From assembly GCF_022045235.1 (NCBI RefSeq), contig NW_027266319.1, positions 15,686,001 to 15,750,000 of the forward strand: 64,000 bases of DNA. Reading direction: 5' to 3'. The notes beneath the pieces are model-generated. The model had not been told where the DNA came from. It did no database searches and saw only the letters and a program-made list of their open reading frames with translations. Of this stretch, positions 26,701 to 40,300 are shown in pieces. The position numbers and the translations under genes are program-made. Each line of letters begins with the position of its first letter. Position 1 is the stretch's first letter. Source of the stretch: Haliotis cracherodii. Taxonomy: Eukaryota.

Positions 26701-27759
26701 TTCATAACTCATATCATTAATGCCACCATACAAGTATGTCAATATACACCATCTATGCTATAAATGTGGGAAAAGCTGTGTACTCTTGATATCTATTGTT
26801 ATGGATGAATACATGTACCTCTACTTCATGTACTTAATATTTATACACTAGGCAGATGGCGCCTTCGGTATAATGAATAGCGAGCTGTCTGTTTATTCAA
26901 TATAAAACATCAGTTCCAGAATACGATCTGTTTCGAATAGCTGCCGAAACAGTAAAAGGTAAAATAGTGGTGAAACTTATGATGAGAATGTATCACTAAA
27001 AATCAGTGATGACATCGATAGTTCGAGTAAAGGGTAAGCATGTCATGCAAGTCCAATATGTAGCCTTATTGTACGGAAAAAGGAGGAGCGTCAATCCAAT
27101 TTTCTTAACTTCTAAAACAGACAAAAAGTTTTGTCTGTTTTTAATCCCAAGTTTGAAGATATAGTCAACAAATCAATACGAGGCTGCATTCCAAGTATGT
27201 CGAACACGTATAAGACGTCTGCACAGCAAACAAGACCGATATGAACCAACGCATCTTCAGACTCTATAACATAATTAAGAGTAGTCACCATCTAAACAGC
27301 TTTAACACAACACACACATAATCTTATCTACATAATTGAAAGCGTGTGATTAGTCTACGTTAAGGTGTTGTCACGCAGAAGAACCCTGGTTCGATTATCA
27401 ATATGAGGGACAATGTGGGTTGTACCATACTCACTGACTGCATCATTTGCTGGTGGTGATCAATGACGTTATGTATAATTCACACATACATGCAATGTTC
27501 CCACGTTCATCAGTTTACTATTAAAGCAAATTAGCTCTAAAACATTGCACCATAGCTTCTTCATGAGAAAGTCTACGACAAGTAAATCAGTACTTGAGCT
27601 TTTGTCAATCAATCATTATCACAGAAATACTGAAAGGCCCTAGGATATATATAAGCAGAAATCAATATGTCCAGTCACTATCCACAAATATATATATATT
27701 GCATGTCTTAAATTCATTGCATGTAATATATATACAGACAAAGGCTTCAGTACATTAAT

Positions 27760-27990
27760 GTCTATAGAATATATCCATTCCTTAAACTTAAATATATTTG
27801 GAAATTTAAACATTGATGGATGTAGGTATGCAATTCTGATAAAAAGGACAACTGAGAACAAAATGGTGCTTATCCTCTATTAGCTGTAAATCACATTCTA
27901 CATAATCTAATTTCCTTTTGGATTTTGGAATATGTTCCTGTTTCAATATTTTATTCATATGAGGAGCATCCGAATCTAGAAAATGCAATT
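27760..27990 (-). mobile_element. LINE ORF2 C-terminal CCHC zinc-knuckle remnant
   Basis: ECDLQLIEDKHHFVLSCPFY motif. Confidence 0.6.
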
Positions 27991-28259
27991 CTATATTTGT
28001 ACAAAAGTGGTTTCAAGGATATTCTGCAGTTGTTATCAATACATCAACAATATCACAAGGGTGGACAAAAGGTTGTAGCAGTGTACGAGTCTCAGTCTGA
28101 CGAGCTGACTCTTCAACCACTTGTCGCTCGATTCGTCAATAAATGGAACTTGTGTCGGCGTCATGTGGCCACTCCCACGATCCGTGGTGTGTTCTTTACA
28201 TACAGCTTTGGGTATGGAACACACACCAGGCCAAGATAATTCAACTGAACAAAACTTCC

Positions 28260-29235
28260 CCGTACCTTGCTGTTGTTGCCTTGGTTGTTAGTGGTGATGT
28301 TCTTTCACAAAGACCGTACCTTGGTTGTTAGTGGTGATGTTCTTACACGAAGACCGTGCCTTGGTTGTTAGTGTTGATGTTCTTTCACGAAGACCGTACG
28401 TTGGTTGTTAGTGTTGATGTTCTTTCACGAAGACCGTACCTTCGTTGTTAGTGTTCATGTTCTTTCACGAAAACCGTACCTTCCTTCATAGTATCACTAT
28501 TGCATCTTGCGCTTGTTTCTGAGGAACGCACCTTGCTTGATAGTGTTGCTTTTGTTTCTGAGGAACGCACCTTGCTTGAAAGTGTTGCTCTTGTTTTGGG
28601 AAGAACACATCTTGCTTGATAGTATTGCCCTTGTTTTGGGAAGAATTCATCTTGCTAAATAGTGTTGCTCTTGGTTTTGTAAGAATGCATCCTTCTTGAT
28701 AGTATTGCCCTTGTTTTGGGAAGAATTCATCTTGCTAGATAGTGTTGCTCTTGTTTTGGGAAGAATGCATCCAGCTTGATAGTATTGCCCTTCTTTTGGG
28801 AAGAATTCATCTTGCTAGATAGTGTTGCTCTTTGTTTTGGGAAGAACGCATCTTGCTTAATAGTGTTGGTCTTGATTTGGGAAGAATGCATCTTGCTTAA
28901 TAGTGTTGCTCTTGCTTTGGGAAGAACACACCTTGCTTGATAGTGTTGCTGTTATTTATGAAAGGATGTACCTTGCTTGATACTTGATAGTGTTACTGTC
29001 CCTTGCTTGGTTGTGTTACTGATGTTTAGGACAGAACTACCTTGGCTGATAGTGTTGCTGTTGTTGAGGAAAGGGCGCACCTTGCTTGATCGTGTGACTG
29101 TTGTTGAGGACAGAACTACCTTGGCTGATAGTGTTGCTGTTGTTGAGGAAAGAACGCACCTTGCTTGATCGTATTACTTTTATTTATGAAAGGATGTACC
29201 TTGCTTCACAGTGTTACTGTTGTTTAAGGAAGACC
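28260..29235. repeat. Degenerate ~39-40 bp tandem repeats (two successive subtypes)
   Basis: ttggttgttagtgttgatgttctttcacgaagaccgtacc, then cttgcttgatagtgttgctcttgttttgggaagaacgcat. Confidence 0.85.
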
Positions 29236-29464
29236 ACTCTTTTCTTGTTATTGTTAGTGTTGTTTTGGGAAGGCCGCCTTTGGCTCCTTCAACATGCAGA
29301 TGAGGTAATCAAGTTGAATCGGCAACTTTGCAGAAAATATTATGAAATTACTAACGTATCAGTTGGTGAGTTAGTCTGGTCGTGTTTAATGCCGCTTTCA
29401 AAAGTATTTCATATAAATCACAGTGTGACTGCTTAATGTGGGATGAAACCCCGGGGATGTTGCC

Positions 29465-30135
29465 TCGACGTAACTTCCTGAAACGTACCAACTTGACGTA
29501 ACTTCCTGTTCATAACTACTTGACGTAACATCCTGAACGTAACAACATGACGTAACATCCTCAATGTAACAACTTGACGTAACTTCTTGAACGTAACAAC
29601 ATGAAGAAGTTAATTCCTAAACGTAACAATATGATGTAACTTCCTGAACGTAACAACATGACGTAACTTCCTGAACGTAACAACATGAAGTAACTTCCTG
29701 AATGTAAGAACATGAGGTAACTTCCTGAATGTAAGAACATGATGTAACTTCCTGAACGTAAGAACATGACGTAACTTCCTGAATGTAAGAACATGAAGTA
29801 ACTTCCTGAACGTAAGAACATGACGTGACTTCCCGAATGTAAGAACATGACGTGACTTCCTGAACGTAAGAACATGACGTGACTTCCTGAATGTAAGAAC
29901 ATGAAGTAACTTCCTGAATGTAAGAACATGACGTAACTTCCTGAACGTAACAACATGAAGTAACTTCCTCAACGTAACAACATGACGTAACTTCCTAAAC
30001 GTAACAACATGAAGTAACTTCCTGAACGTAACAACATGACGTGACTTCCTGAACGTAACAACATGAAGTAACTTCCAGATCGTAACAACTTGACGTAACG
30101 TCCTGAAACGTCGGGGACGTAACGAATTAACGTAA
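29465..30135. repeat. 27-bp minisatellite
   Basis: Unit aacttcctgaacgtaacaacatgacgt. Confidence 0.95.
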
Positions 30136-30903
30136 CAGACTGAACAATTAAACATGATGAGATAATCAAGTAACACAGCAAATCGACGCAACTCCGTTTA
30201 TGCAACAACTAAACGTTACATCATATTAAGCGATCATTAGACAAGTTACCATTCATGGCTGTGATTTTGACGCTAAACATTTAGAAATCTTTTCACTGCT
30301 TTAGCGCGCCTGCTTTACATCTAATGTAAGCACATGTTAACATTATGTGTCCATTTGTCAAAATAATTAAACTCCAAACATTTTCATGTTCTGAGCGTAC
30401 TATGTATACGACAATTTCTAAATTAGCCTAACGGTTAAAGCGTTCGCATTTCACACTGAAGACCCGAATCTGAATCCTCTCATTGAAGTCGGAGCGGTCG
30501 GGTAGCTTAGTGGTTAAAGCGTTAGCTTGTCACGCCGAAGACCCGGGTTCGATTCCCGACATGGGTACAATGTGTTATTGCTGAAATATTGCTAAAAGCG
30601 GCGTAAAACCATACTCACTCACTCACTCACTCTCATTGGAGTCCATATCTGGTGTAGCCCTTCGAGGTATTGCTGGAATATTGCTAAAAGAGACATAAAC
30701 CCTTACTCATTCACTCACTCACTCATTCTCTGTCTCTTGGGAAACTTCTGTTATCGCTCCCTATTCACACCGTGTGGAATGGCATAGACGAAGGAATATA
30801 ATTCTGTTTGTATTACATATTGACATAAGATTCTGTCTGACGCACATGTAACAATGTTCTTTGTTATGTCCTAATCAAGCTACCATACATATGTTTCGTG
30901 CCC

Positions 30904-30938
30904 TATAACAATAAGATAACGGAACCCTCAAGGCAGTT
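30904..30938 (+). promoter_or_regulatory. Possible TATA/Inr core promoter of the SH3b-peptidase gene
   Basis: tataa at 30904 and gcagtt ~30 nt downstream, about 25 nt before the ATG at 30961. Confidence 0.4.
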
Positions 30939-30960
30939 TCACATCTAAACGTCGTCGACA

Positions 30961-33900
30961 ATGTTGCTGTTGGTCTGTGTCCTAGTTGCCACCGTCACTG
31001 CTGACGTGACGCACACCACCCTCAAGTCCGGACAATGCCTCTGTGTCCACGGGGGAGGGGTCAACGCCAGAGACCACCGTGAGGCTCCATTTGTAATTTA
31101 CAATCTGCTTGCCTGAGGCTGACATCAGCTGAGTCCTATCTCAAGATTACCAATTCCCTTTTTTATGGTTTCTAGAAGTGTAATGTTTCAAAGACGTTTA
31201 TGAATTTATATAGGCAATATATTTCGTGCGTGACTGATTCTAAATACCCTAAAAATGTTTTAGTGAACTTAATCAGGTAATATTTTTGTGCATGGTTGAT
31301 TCCCTATACCCCAATAAATGTTATGTGTTGAACCAAGCAGCAACGAACGGCATGATAAAGAATTTCATCTGGAAAAGGCAATGTATTCAACTCGTTGATC
31401 CTTTTCTATTAGAATTTAGATTCACTCGAAAAAAAACGGCGTGCCGCTTTAATCAGCAACTCTAGGACCAAACATGAGACACGGGCTAAAACTTCATTTG
31501 TCAACGCATTATGTTGAACAAAAGTTACAAAGTCCGTACTGCATTAATCCGTTATCCTAGCTTTTCGAGTGATTTCGATGTGAAAGAAACATATCGCATA
31601 TGATTCAAAGGGGTGAAAGGCAAAGTTTTCATCGTAAAAGCAATCTGGTTGAAAATGAGTATCAATTTCTGTTGGCGCGTATTCGTTCTAAATATATACC
31701 AAGGCAATTTCTTACGCTGATAACTGACTGCACAATGAATATCTTCTAGGTTTGACCAACTATCTAGCTGGGCATGTGTGTCGTTAAATACAACTAGTTT
31801 CATGGGCATATGGGACGAATTAATTTTATAAATGGACCTAAAGATCAAAATCGTTCGAACATATTCTTATAAAAGGCCAATCCTGTTGTAAATGTACATA
31901 AAGGTCAAATGTGTTCTACATATATATGAAGGTCAAATGTGTTGTAGATGTACATAAAGGTCAAATGTGTTATACTTATATATGAAGGTCAAATGTGTTG
32001 TAGATGGACATGAAGGTCAAATGTGTTACACATGCACAGAAAGGTCAAATGTGTTAAAAATGTACAGAAAGGTCAAATGTGTTTTATACGTACAAAAGGT
32101 CAAATGTGTTATAAGTATACAGGAATGAAACGCGCTTCACGAATGCCTGATGCCATCTACATAGTAACTCGCTGTGGCCTCTGTCCTTTCTCGACCGAGA
32201 CACGCATTCGAATACACCTGAGGTACTGTGCTTTTGAATGCTTCGATGATGTACTTTCAGCGGGGACGTCAGGGACGACTGTGAAGGCGACACTCAACAC
32301 TGGGGAGTGTTACAAGTTCTACGGTGGGGAGCTCACGTTGGGAGCTTACAAGTGGTTCGAGATAACTGTCAGCGGACAGGTACGGTACAGAAATCATAGT
32401 TTTTGTTAGCAATGTAAGCGCTAAATTTTGTTTTTAAGCTGTTGTGTTCAGGGAAATCCATTTTCCAAATTCAAGGAAATTAACTGGCTTTGAAAAAAAA
32501 CAATTTCCACCCTTGTCTAACTAGGCTGGAATTTCGGAGTTATATTTTGGATTGACTATCGAGTCATGCATAGTTCAGTCAAAATCGCGTAACGAAATTA
32601 ACTTCCGCTTCGATAACAGTGAGTGATTGACTATGGTTTTACGCCGCTTTTAGCAATATTCCAGCAATATCAAGGCGGGGGACACAAGAAATGGGCTTCA
32701 CACATTGTACCCATGTCGGGAATCGAACCCGTGTCTTCGGCGTGACGAACGAACGATTTAACCACTAGGCTACCCGCCCGCCCCGCTTCGATATCAGCAT
32801 GGAGACTGCCGTGCAGATAAATAAAAGCGACCTTTCCATATTCATAACAAATCTCTGCTGCCAGCTGTACGATTCCGACTATACTATGGTATATGGTTCC
32901 GTCGACTGAGCGTCAACGGATATTTCCCAACTATTTTCATGTTTCTAATCCAGGTGCTATGTGTTTTTATGCACTTCCCGAGGAAAGACCCGTTTTATTA
33001 TGCAAAAAAAAAAGATCTTATTTATCGATCAGATCGTCTTGACTGGGCGCCGCCATTATGTTTGAAGCAAATGCAGGTGGTGTGAGAGGTGTAATGTGAT
33101 TGGTCAATAGAAGGGTCGTAGAAGGGACATAACTCGTAATTGCCACGTTGGAGTCACGAAACTGGACTTTTATAGTTAATTAACTCCCTCGCCTCGGGAA
33201 GATGAGGGAAATTAGGCTAAACAATAAAAAACATAGCAAATATTAATATTTTAAAACAAAGTTATCACAAAGTGTTGCTTCTTATGGTAACCAGTGAACC
33301 AACATGTTATGAAATGATATGTCCTGTAATGACATGTTATAGAATATTATGTTATGTACCAAAGTCCAGAGCAGACTGTTTTACCTGTACTTCGATACAC
33401 CTTTATTGTTTCAGCGACTCTGGGTAGCTGGGGTATACTTGAACGTCGGCACCACTGCGCAGTGTGGTACGTTTCCATGCATGTTCTTCACTCATTTGCA
33501 TCCGTCCATGTTTTGATTTTAAAAAGTCATTCAACATTTTCCTTGATTTTGACGGAGGTCGAGTGTTTCTAAGGGCACGGTTGTTACTTTGATGTAAACA
33601 TGCTTTCTGGCTTCACTGGAGCTTTTTCTGTGGAGTGTTCGGGGGCACGGGTGGCCAAGTCGTCTAAGGCGCCGCGATTCGCTGTGCAGAGTTGCGTCCC
33701 TTGGGCACGCCAGAAACCTATGATTGTGGGTTCGAATCCCGGTTCGCCCCGATTATGTTTCTAGGTTTGTCAGCACCATACCCGTACTCGTGGGTTTCAC
33801 CGAAGTGGTAAACGTCTGAGACCTGCATCTCTTCGGGCTTTCCTACCACATTAAGCTGGCACGCCGTGATATAACTGGAATAATGTTAAAAGCGGCGTTA

Positions 33901-36900
33901 AACCCAACTCACTCACTCACTCACTCACTGTGGAGTGTTCACCTGGTACAGGACATTGGTACAAACAAGTAACAGACTAGTCACTTATTTCCCCGGTTGT
34001 CATCTTTGTAATAACAGAATAATACACCGATACGTTTTATGGATTCCGCTGTAATTTAACCCTCGTTTGTGTTACAGAGATACTGTAAACTTATACATAA
34101 TATTATATATTATTGCATCGTGAAGCTGATTGATCTATCATGTTGCCTCGTGTCATGTTACTTTGCCTTGTAGCCTCCACTGGCACTGGCTCAGGATCGT
34201 GCGGAGACACTCAAGTCAAGGCATGGGCTTGTGAGCTGCTTCAACTCCACAACTCCGGCAAGATTGAGCTGTGGAAGGTTCACCCCTCTGGTGTCCATGA
34301 CAACGCTTTCTCCTACAACAACATCCGGGACACCTGCAACGGCCATGCTGCAAGCAGATCCCAGTGAGTTACATTTAATTGCAATGTAATGCGATAGCTA
34401 ACCAATGTACAGATAAGTAGTCTGTCCTCTCAGTCCGGATGTCTGTACCGTTATAACAGTCTGTACCCTCAGTCCGGATGTCTGTACCGTTATAACAATC
34501 TGTCCTCTCAGTCCGGATTTCTGTACCGTTATAACAGTCTGTCCTCTCAGTCCGGATTTCTGTACCGTTATAACAGTCTGTCCTCTCAGTCCGGATGTCT
34601 GTACCGTTATAACAGTCTGTACTCTCAGTCCAGATGTCTGTACCGTTATAACAGTCTGTCCTCTCAATCCGGATGTCTGTACCGGTATAACAGTCTGTCC
34701 ACTCATTCCGCATGTCTGTACCGTTATAACAGTCTGTACTCTCAGTCCAGATGTCTGTACCGTTATAACAGTCTGTACTCTCAGTCCAGATGTCTATACC
34801 GTTATAACAGTCTGTACTCTCATTCCAGATGTTTGTAACGTTATAACTGTCTGTCCACTCATTCCGGATGTTTGTACCGTTATAACAGTCTGTCCTCTCA
34901 GTCCGGATGTCTGTACCGTTATAACAGTCTGTACTCTCAGTCCGGATGTCTGTACCGTTATAACAATCTGTCCTCTCAGTCCGGATGCCTGTACCGTTAT
35001 AACAGTCTGTCCTCTCAGTCCGGATGTCTGTACCGTTATAACAGTCTGTACTCTCAGTCCGGATGTCTGTACCGTTATAACAATCTGTCCTCTCAGTCCG
35101 GATGCCTGTACCGTTATAACAGTCTGTCCTCTCAGTCCGGATGTATGTAACGTTATAACAATCTGTACTCTCAGTCCGGATGTCTGTACCGTTATAACAA
35201 TCTGTCCTCTCAGTCCGGATTTCTGTACCGTTATAACAGTCTGTACTCTCAGTCCGGATGTCTGTACCGTTATAACAGTCTGTCCTCTCAGTGCGGATCT
35301 CTGTACTGTTATAACAGTCTGTCCTCTCAGTACAGATGTCTGTATCGGTCTAACGTTAACAGTCTATACTCTCACTACGGATGTGTCTTTATCGTATGAA
35401 CACTCTTCCAGTTACACCTGCAATGGCTGCTTAGCTCCCGGTGGCACCATTTGCCTCAACCACGACCTCGTCCACTACCTCATCACGCTGGCAAGGAAGG
35501 GATACATGCATGTAAGAATTCATATTCTTCCTTACACAGGAGGGCACGGGTGGCCCAGTCGCCTAAGGCGCCGCGATTCGCTGTGCAGAGTTGTGTCCCT
35601 TGGGCACGCCAGAAACCTATGATTGTGGGTTCGAATCCCGGTTCGCCCCGATTATGTTTCTAGGTTTGTCAGCACGATACCCGTGTTCGTGGATTTCACC
35701 GAAGTGGTAGACGTCTGAGACCTGCATCACTTCAGGCTTTCCTCCCACATTAAGCTGGCACGCCGTGACATAACTGGAATTATGTTAAAAGCGGCGTTAA
35801 ACCCAACTCACTCACTCACTGCTTACACAATATGCTTACATCTTTCGCAAGCAGTTCAATAGCATGTGCTGCCCCATCACCAGACTGTATACTACTACTA
35901 GTGTCTAGCGAAATACTGTTGTAGATATGCTGGCAATGAAAAACAGACATAGAATATTCATAATTTGATAAAAACAATTGATGACTAAGTGAGGTGAATA
36001 TGGTATTACACCGCTTTTAGACATATTCCAACAATAGCAACAGATTTTGGATTGACAAGATAAAAAAATGTAATACATATACGATAAGATAAACTATCAC
36101 ATGGTTGGCATATGTTACTTTTATCAATACGGCGTTCACGCTAAAGCAGAAGGATGAAGAGAGCGGGTGGAAATAAAGAAAATTAAAGAAACAAGACTTC
36201 TAAAACAAATTGTATCAGATCTTTGGACGTACTGGGACCAGAAGTGGCAATTCCTTCTTAAACGCTGCTGAATCTTAATCCCGTGTCAGCACATTACCGC
36301 TGATCGTGGGTTTCCGAAAGATGCGCACGTCTCACTCAGCTGACATGCCGAGAAATTATTTTTCAGAGGAGTGTAAAATCAAACTCTCTCCCCAACTTGT
36401 TCCTTCTTTAAAAACTTCAATTCTTTAGAAAAATATCAATATGCAGAAATGTATGTGATGGACAAACGTGTACTGAAATATGTCCGTTGTTTTCTTACGT
36501 CCTCTCTATAAAAAATAGGACAAAAACATTTTCTCAAAAAGTTATTTTCACAGCCAATAGTATATAAATGCAATATTGAAATATGGTGATATACATGATG
36601 ATAAAGTTAATGAATATGATGATAAACTTGATGATATACACGATGATAAACAAGACGATAAACTCAATAAATAACTTGATGATAAACATGATGATAAATT
36701 GTGCGTCTACGACATACACTTTGAAAACCGTAAAAGGTTACCGTATCAGAATATTTATGTAGGTATTCCGGTTATTCAACATTCTATTTTCAGGTCAACG
36801 AGATAGCTGGTGCCTGTCACACATGTAACTCCCGCCACTACAGAGGTCAAGCTGTTGATCTTCACAACGGGTCAAGGTCGAAGGAATTCCTGGATCTTTG

Positions 36901-36964
36901 CTTTTCTATGAACGGATGGGGGCAAAATGAAGGGGACCATATCCATTGCCAATTTGGATACTGA
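30961..36964 (+). CDS. Secreted SH3b-domain + LAS/M15-type zinc peptidase (249 aa), candidate peptidoglycan hydrolase. Exons 30961-31078, 32261-32379, 33415-33466, 34174-34363, 35412-35511, 36794-36964
   Basis: Six GT-AG exons with phases 1,0,1,2,0 total 750 nt with no internal stop. Signal peptide MLLLVCVLVATVTA. SH3b pattern VNARDHPG...LNTGE...YKWFEI...LWVAGVYL. G/S/T linker. Catalytic-type motifs SRHYRGQAVD (H208, D215) and DHIH (H242, H244). AATAAA at 37238. Confidence 0.88.
31880..32115. repeat. ~28-30 bp degenerate minisatellite (aaggtcaaatgtgtt core)
   Basis: About 8 copies, intronic. Confidence 0.85.
33641..33927 (+). mobile_element. Full-length tRNA-derived SINE family A with a 13-bp target-site duplication
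   Basis: A-box gtggccaagtcg, B-box ggttcgaatcc, (actc)n tail; TSD ctgtggagtgttc on both sides. Confidence 0.9.
34418..35385. repeat. 39-bp intronic minisatellite, ~25 copies
   Basis: Unit ataacagtctgtcctctcagtccggatgtctgtaccgtt. Confidence 0.95.
35541..35820 (+). mobile_element. SINE family A
   Basis: Near-identical to the 33641 copy; flanked by cttacaca repeats. Confidence 0.88.
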
Positions 36965-37302
36965 TTCTATCATAACTGTATGTTTTGATATATGAACTGT
37001 ACTATAATGTATTGGTAGCACCCAGGCATCTTCAAGTTTGTTATTTCTTTGTTTTTATTTAATAACTTGTTGAACATCATGCTTGTACATGCGTATCATT
37101 ACGCGCCGTGTCCGAGGCTAACATTTTGGAGAAAGAAGTTCGAACGGTTCAAATGGAAAATGGTTTCTCGTCACTGATGATACACCTTGACTCGTGACAA
37201 AATGCGGCGTGACGTTAAATTATAATTCAATTACTCAAATAAAATGTCGGCAAATCCATTTTAGACAAAGGTGGACATGACTTGGTTTGCACCCATGGGA
37301 TT

Positions 37303-40300
37303 AGAATATACACTTGTACAAGAGAACGTACAGCTCCACCCTAGTGCATGAGAATATACACTTCCACACATGTACAAGAGAACATATAGTTCCACCATTG
37401 TACAGGAGAACATATAGTTCCACCATTGTACAGGAGAACATATAGTTCCACCATTGTACAGGAGAACATATAGTTCCACCATTGTACAGGAGAACATATA
37501 GTTCCACCATTGTACAGGAGAACATATAGTTCCACCAATGTACATGAGAACATATAGTTCCACCATTGTATATGAGAACATATAGTTCCACCATTGTACA
37601 TGAGAACATATAGTTCCACCATTGTACATGAGAACATATAGTTCCACCAATGTCCATGAGAACACACACGTCCACCAATGTACATGAGAACATATAGTTC
37701 CACCATTGTACATGAGAACATATAGTTCCACCAATGTACAAGAGAACATATAGTTCCACCATTGTACATGAGAACATATAGTTCCACCATTGTACAAGAG
37801 AACATATAGTTCCACCATTGTACAGGAGAACATATAGTTCCACCATTGTACATGAGAACATATAGTTCCACCAATGTACATGAGAACATATAGTTCCACC
37901 ATTGTACATGAGAACATATAGTTCCACCATTGTACAGGAGAACATACAGTTCCACCATTGTACAGGAGAACATATAGTTCCACCATTGTACATGAGAACA
38001 TACAGTTCCACAATTATATATGAGAACATATAGTTCCACCATTGTACATGAGAACATATAGTTCCACCATTGTACATGAGAACATATAGTTCCACCAATG
38101 TACATGAGAACACACACGTCCACCAATGTACATGAGAACATATAGTTCCACCATTGTACATGAGAACATACAGTTCCACCATTGTACATGAGAACACACA
38201 CGTCCACCATTGTACATGAGAACATATAGTTCCACCATTGTACAGGAGAACATACACGTCCACCAATGTACATGAGAACATATAGATCCACCATTGTACA
38301 AAAGAACATATAGTTCCACCATTGTACATGAGAACATATAGTTCCACCATTGTACAAGAGAACATATAGTTCCACCATTGTACATGAGAACATATAGTTC
38401 CACCAATGAACATGAGAACATATAGTTCCACCATTGTACAGGAGAACATATAGTTCCACCATTGTACATGAGAACATATAGTTCCACCATTGTACATGAG
38501 AACATATAGTTCCACCATTGTACAAGAGAACATATAGTTACACCAATGTACAGGAGAACATATAGTTTCACCATTGTACAGGAGAACATATAGTTCCACC
38601 ATTGTACATGAGAACATATAGTTCCACCATTGTACAGGAGAATACATAGCTCCACCCTTGTACATGAGAACATATAGTTCCACCATTGTACAGCAGAACA
38701 TATAGTTCCACCATTGTACAGCAGAACATATAGTTCCACCATTGTACAGGAGAACATATAGTTCCACCATTGTACAGGAGAACATATAGTTCCACCATTG
38801 TACAGGAGAACATATAGTTCCACCATTGTACAGGAGAACATATAGTTCCACCAGTGTACAGGAGAACATATAGTTCCACCATTGTACAGGAGAACATATA
38901 GTTCCACCAATGTACATGAGAACATATAGTTCCACCATTGTATATGAGAACATATAGTTCCACCATTGTACATGAGAACATATAGTTCCACCATTGTACA
39001 TGAGAACATATAGTTCCACCATTGTACAGGAGAACATATAGTTCCACCATTGTACATGAGAACATATAGTTCCACCATTGTACATGAGAACATATAGTTC
39101 CACCAATGTACATGAGAACATATAGTTCCACCATTGTACATGAGAACATATAGTTCCACCATTGTACAAGAGAACATATAGTTCCACCATTGTACAGGAG
39201 AACATATAGTTCCACCATTGTACATGAGAACATATAGTTCCACCAATGTACATGAGAACATATAGTTCCACCATTGTACATGAGAACATATAGTTCCACC
39301 ATTGTACAGGAGAACATACAGTTCCACCATTGTACAGGAGAACATATAGTTCCACCATTGTACATGAGAACATACAGTTCCACCATTATATATGAGAACA
39401 TATAGTTCCACCATTGTACATGAGAACATATAGTTCCACCATTGTACATGAGAACATATAGTTCCACCATTGTACATGAGAACACACACGTCCACCAATG
39501 TACATGAGAACATATAGTTCCACCATTGTACATGAGAACATACAGTTCCACCATTGTACATGAGAACACACACGTCCACCATTGTACATGAGAACATATA
39601 GTTCCACCATTGTACATGAGAACATACACGTCCACCAATGTACATGAGAACATATAGATCCACCATTGTACAAAAGAACATATAGTTCCACCATTGTACA
39701 TGAGAACATATAGTTCCACCATTGTACAAGAGAACATATAGTTCCACCATTGTACATGAGAACATATAGTTCCACCAATGAACATGAGAACATATAGTTC
39801 CACCATTGTACAGGAGAACATATAGTTCCACCATTGTACATGAGAACATATAGTTCCACCATTGTACATGAGAACATATAGTTCCACCATTGTACAAGAG
39901 AACATATAGTTACACCAATGTACAGGAGAACATATAGTTTCACCATTGTACAGGAGAACATATAGTTCCACCATTGTACATGAGAACATATAGTTCCACC
40001 ATTGTACAGGAAAATACATAGCTCCACCCTTGTACATGAGAACATATAGTTCCACCATTGTACAGCAGAACATATAGTTCCACCATTGTACAGCAGAACA
40101 TATAGTTCCACCATTGTACAGGAGAACATATAGCTCCACCATTGTACAGGAGAACATATAGTTCCACCATTGTACATGAGAACATATAGTTCCACCATTG
40201 TACAGGAGAATACATAGCTCCACCCTTGTACATGAGAACATATAGTTCCACCATTGTACAAGAGAACATATAGTTCCACCTTTATACATGAGAACATATA

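Noticed and set aside
30490-30630. tRNA-like sequences (also at 32720-32785, 33641, 47143, 55354)
   Set aside because: They continue into shared SINE bodies with tails and TSDs, so they are SINE heads rather than tRNA genes.
30961-36964. Bacterial contamination as the source of the SH3b-peptidase
   Set aside because: Five spliceosomal introns containing the same host SINEs found throughout the window.
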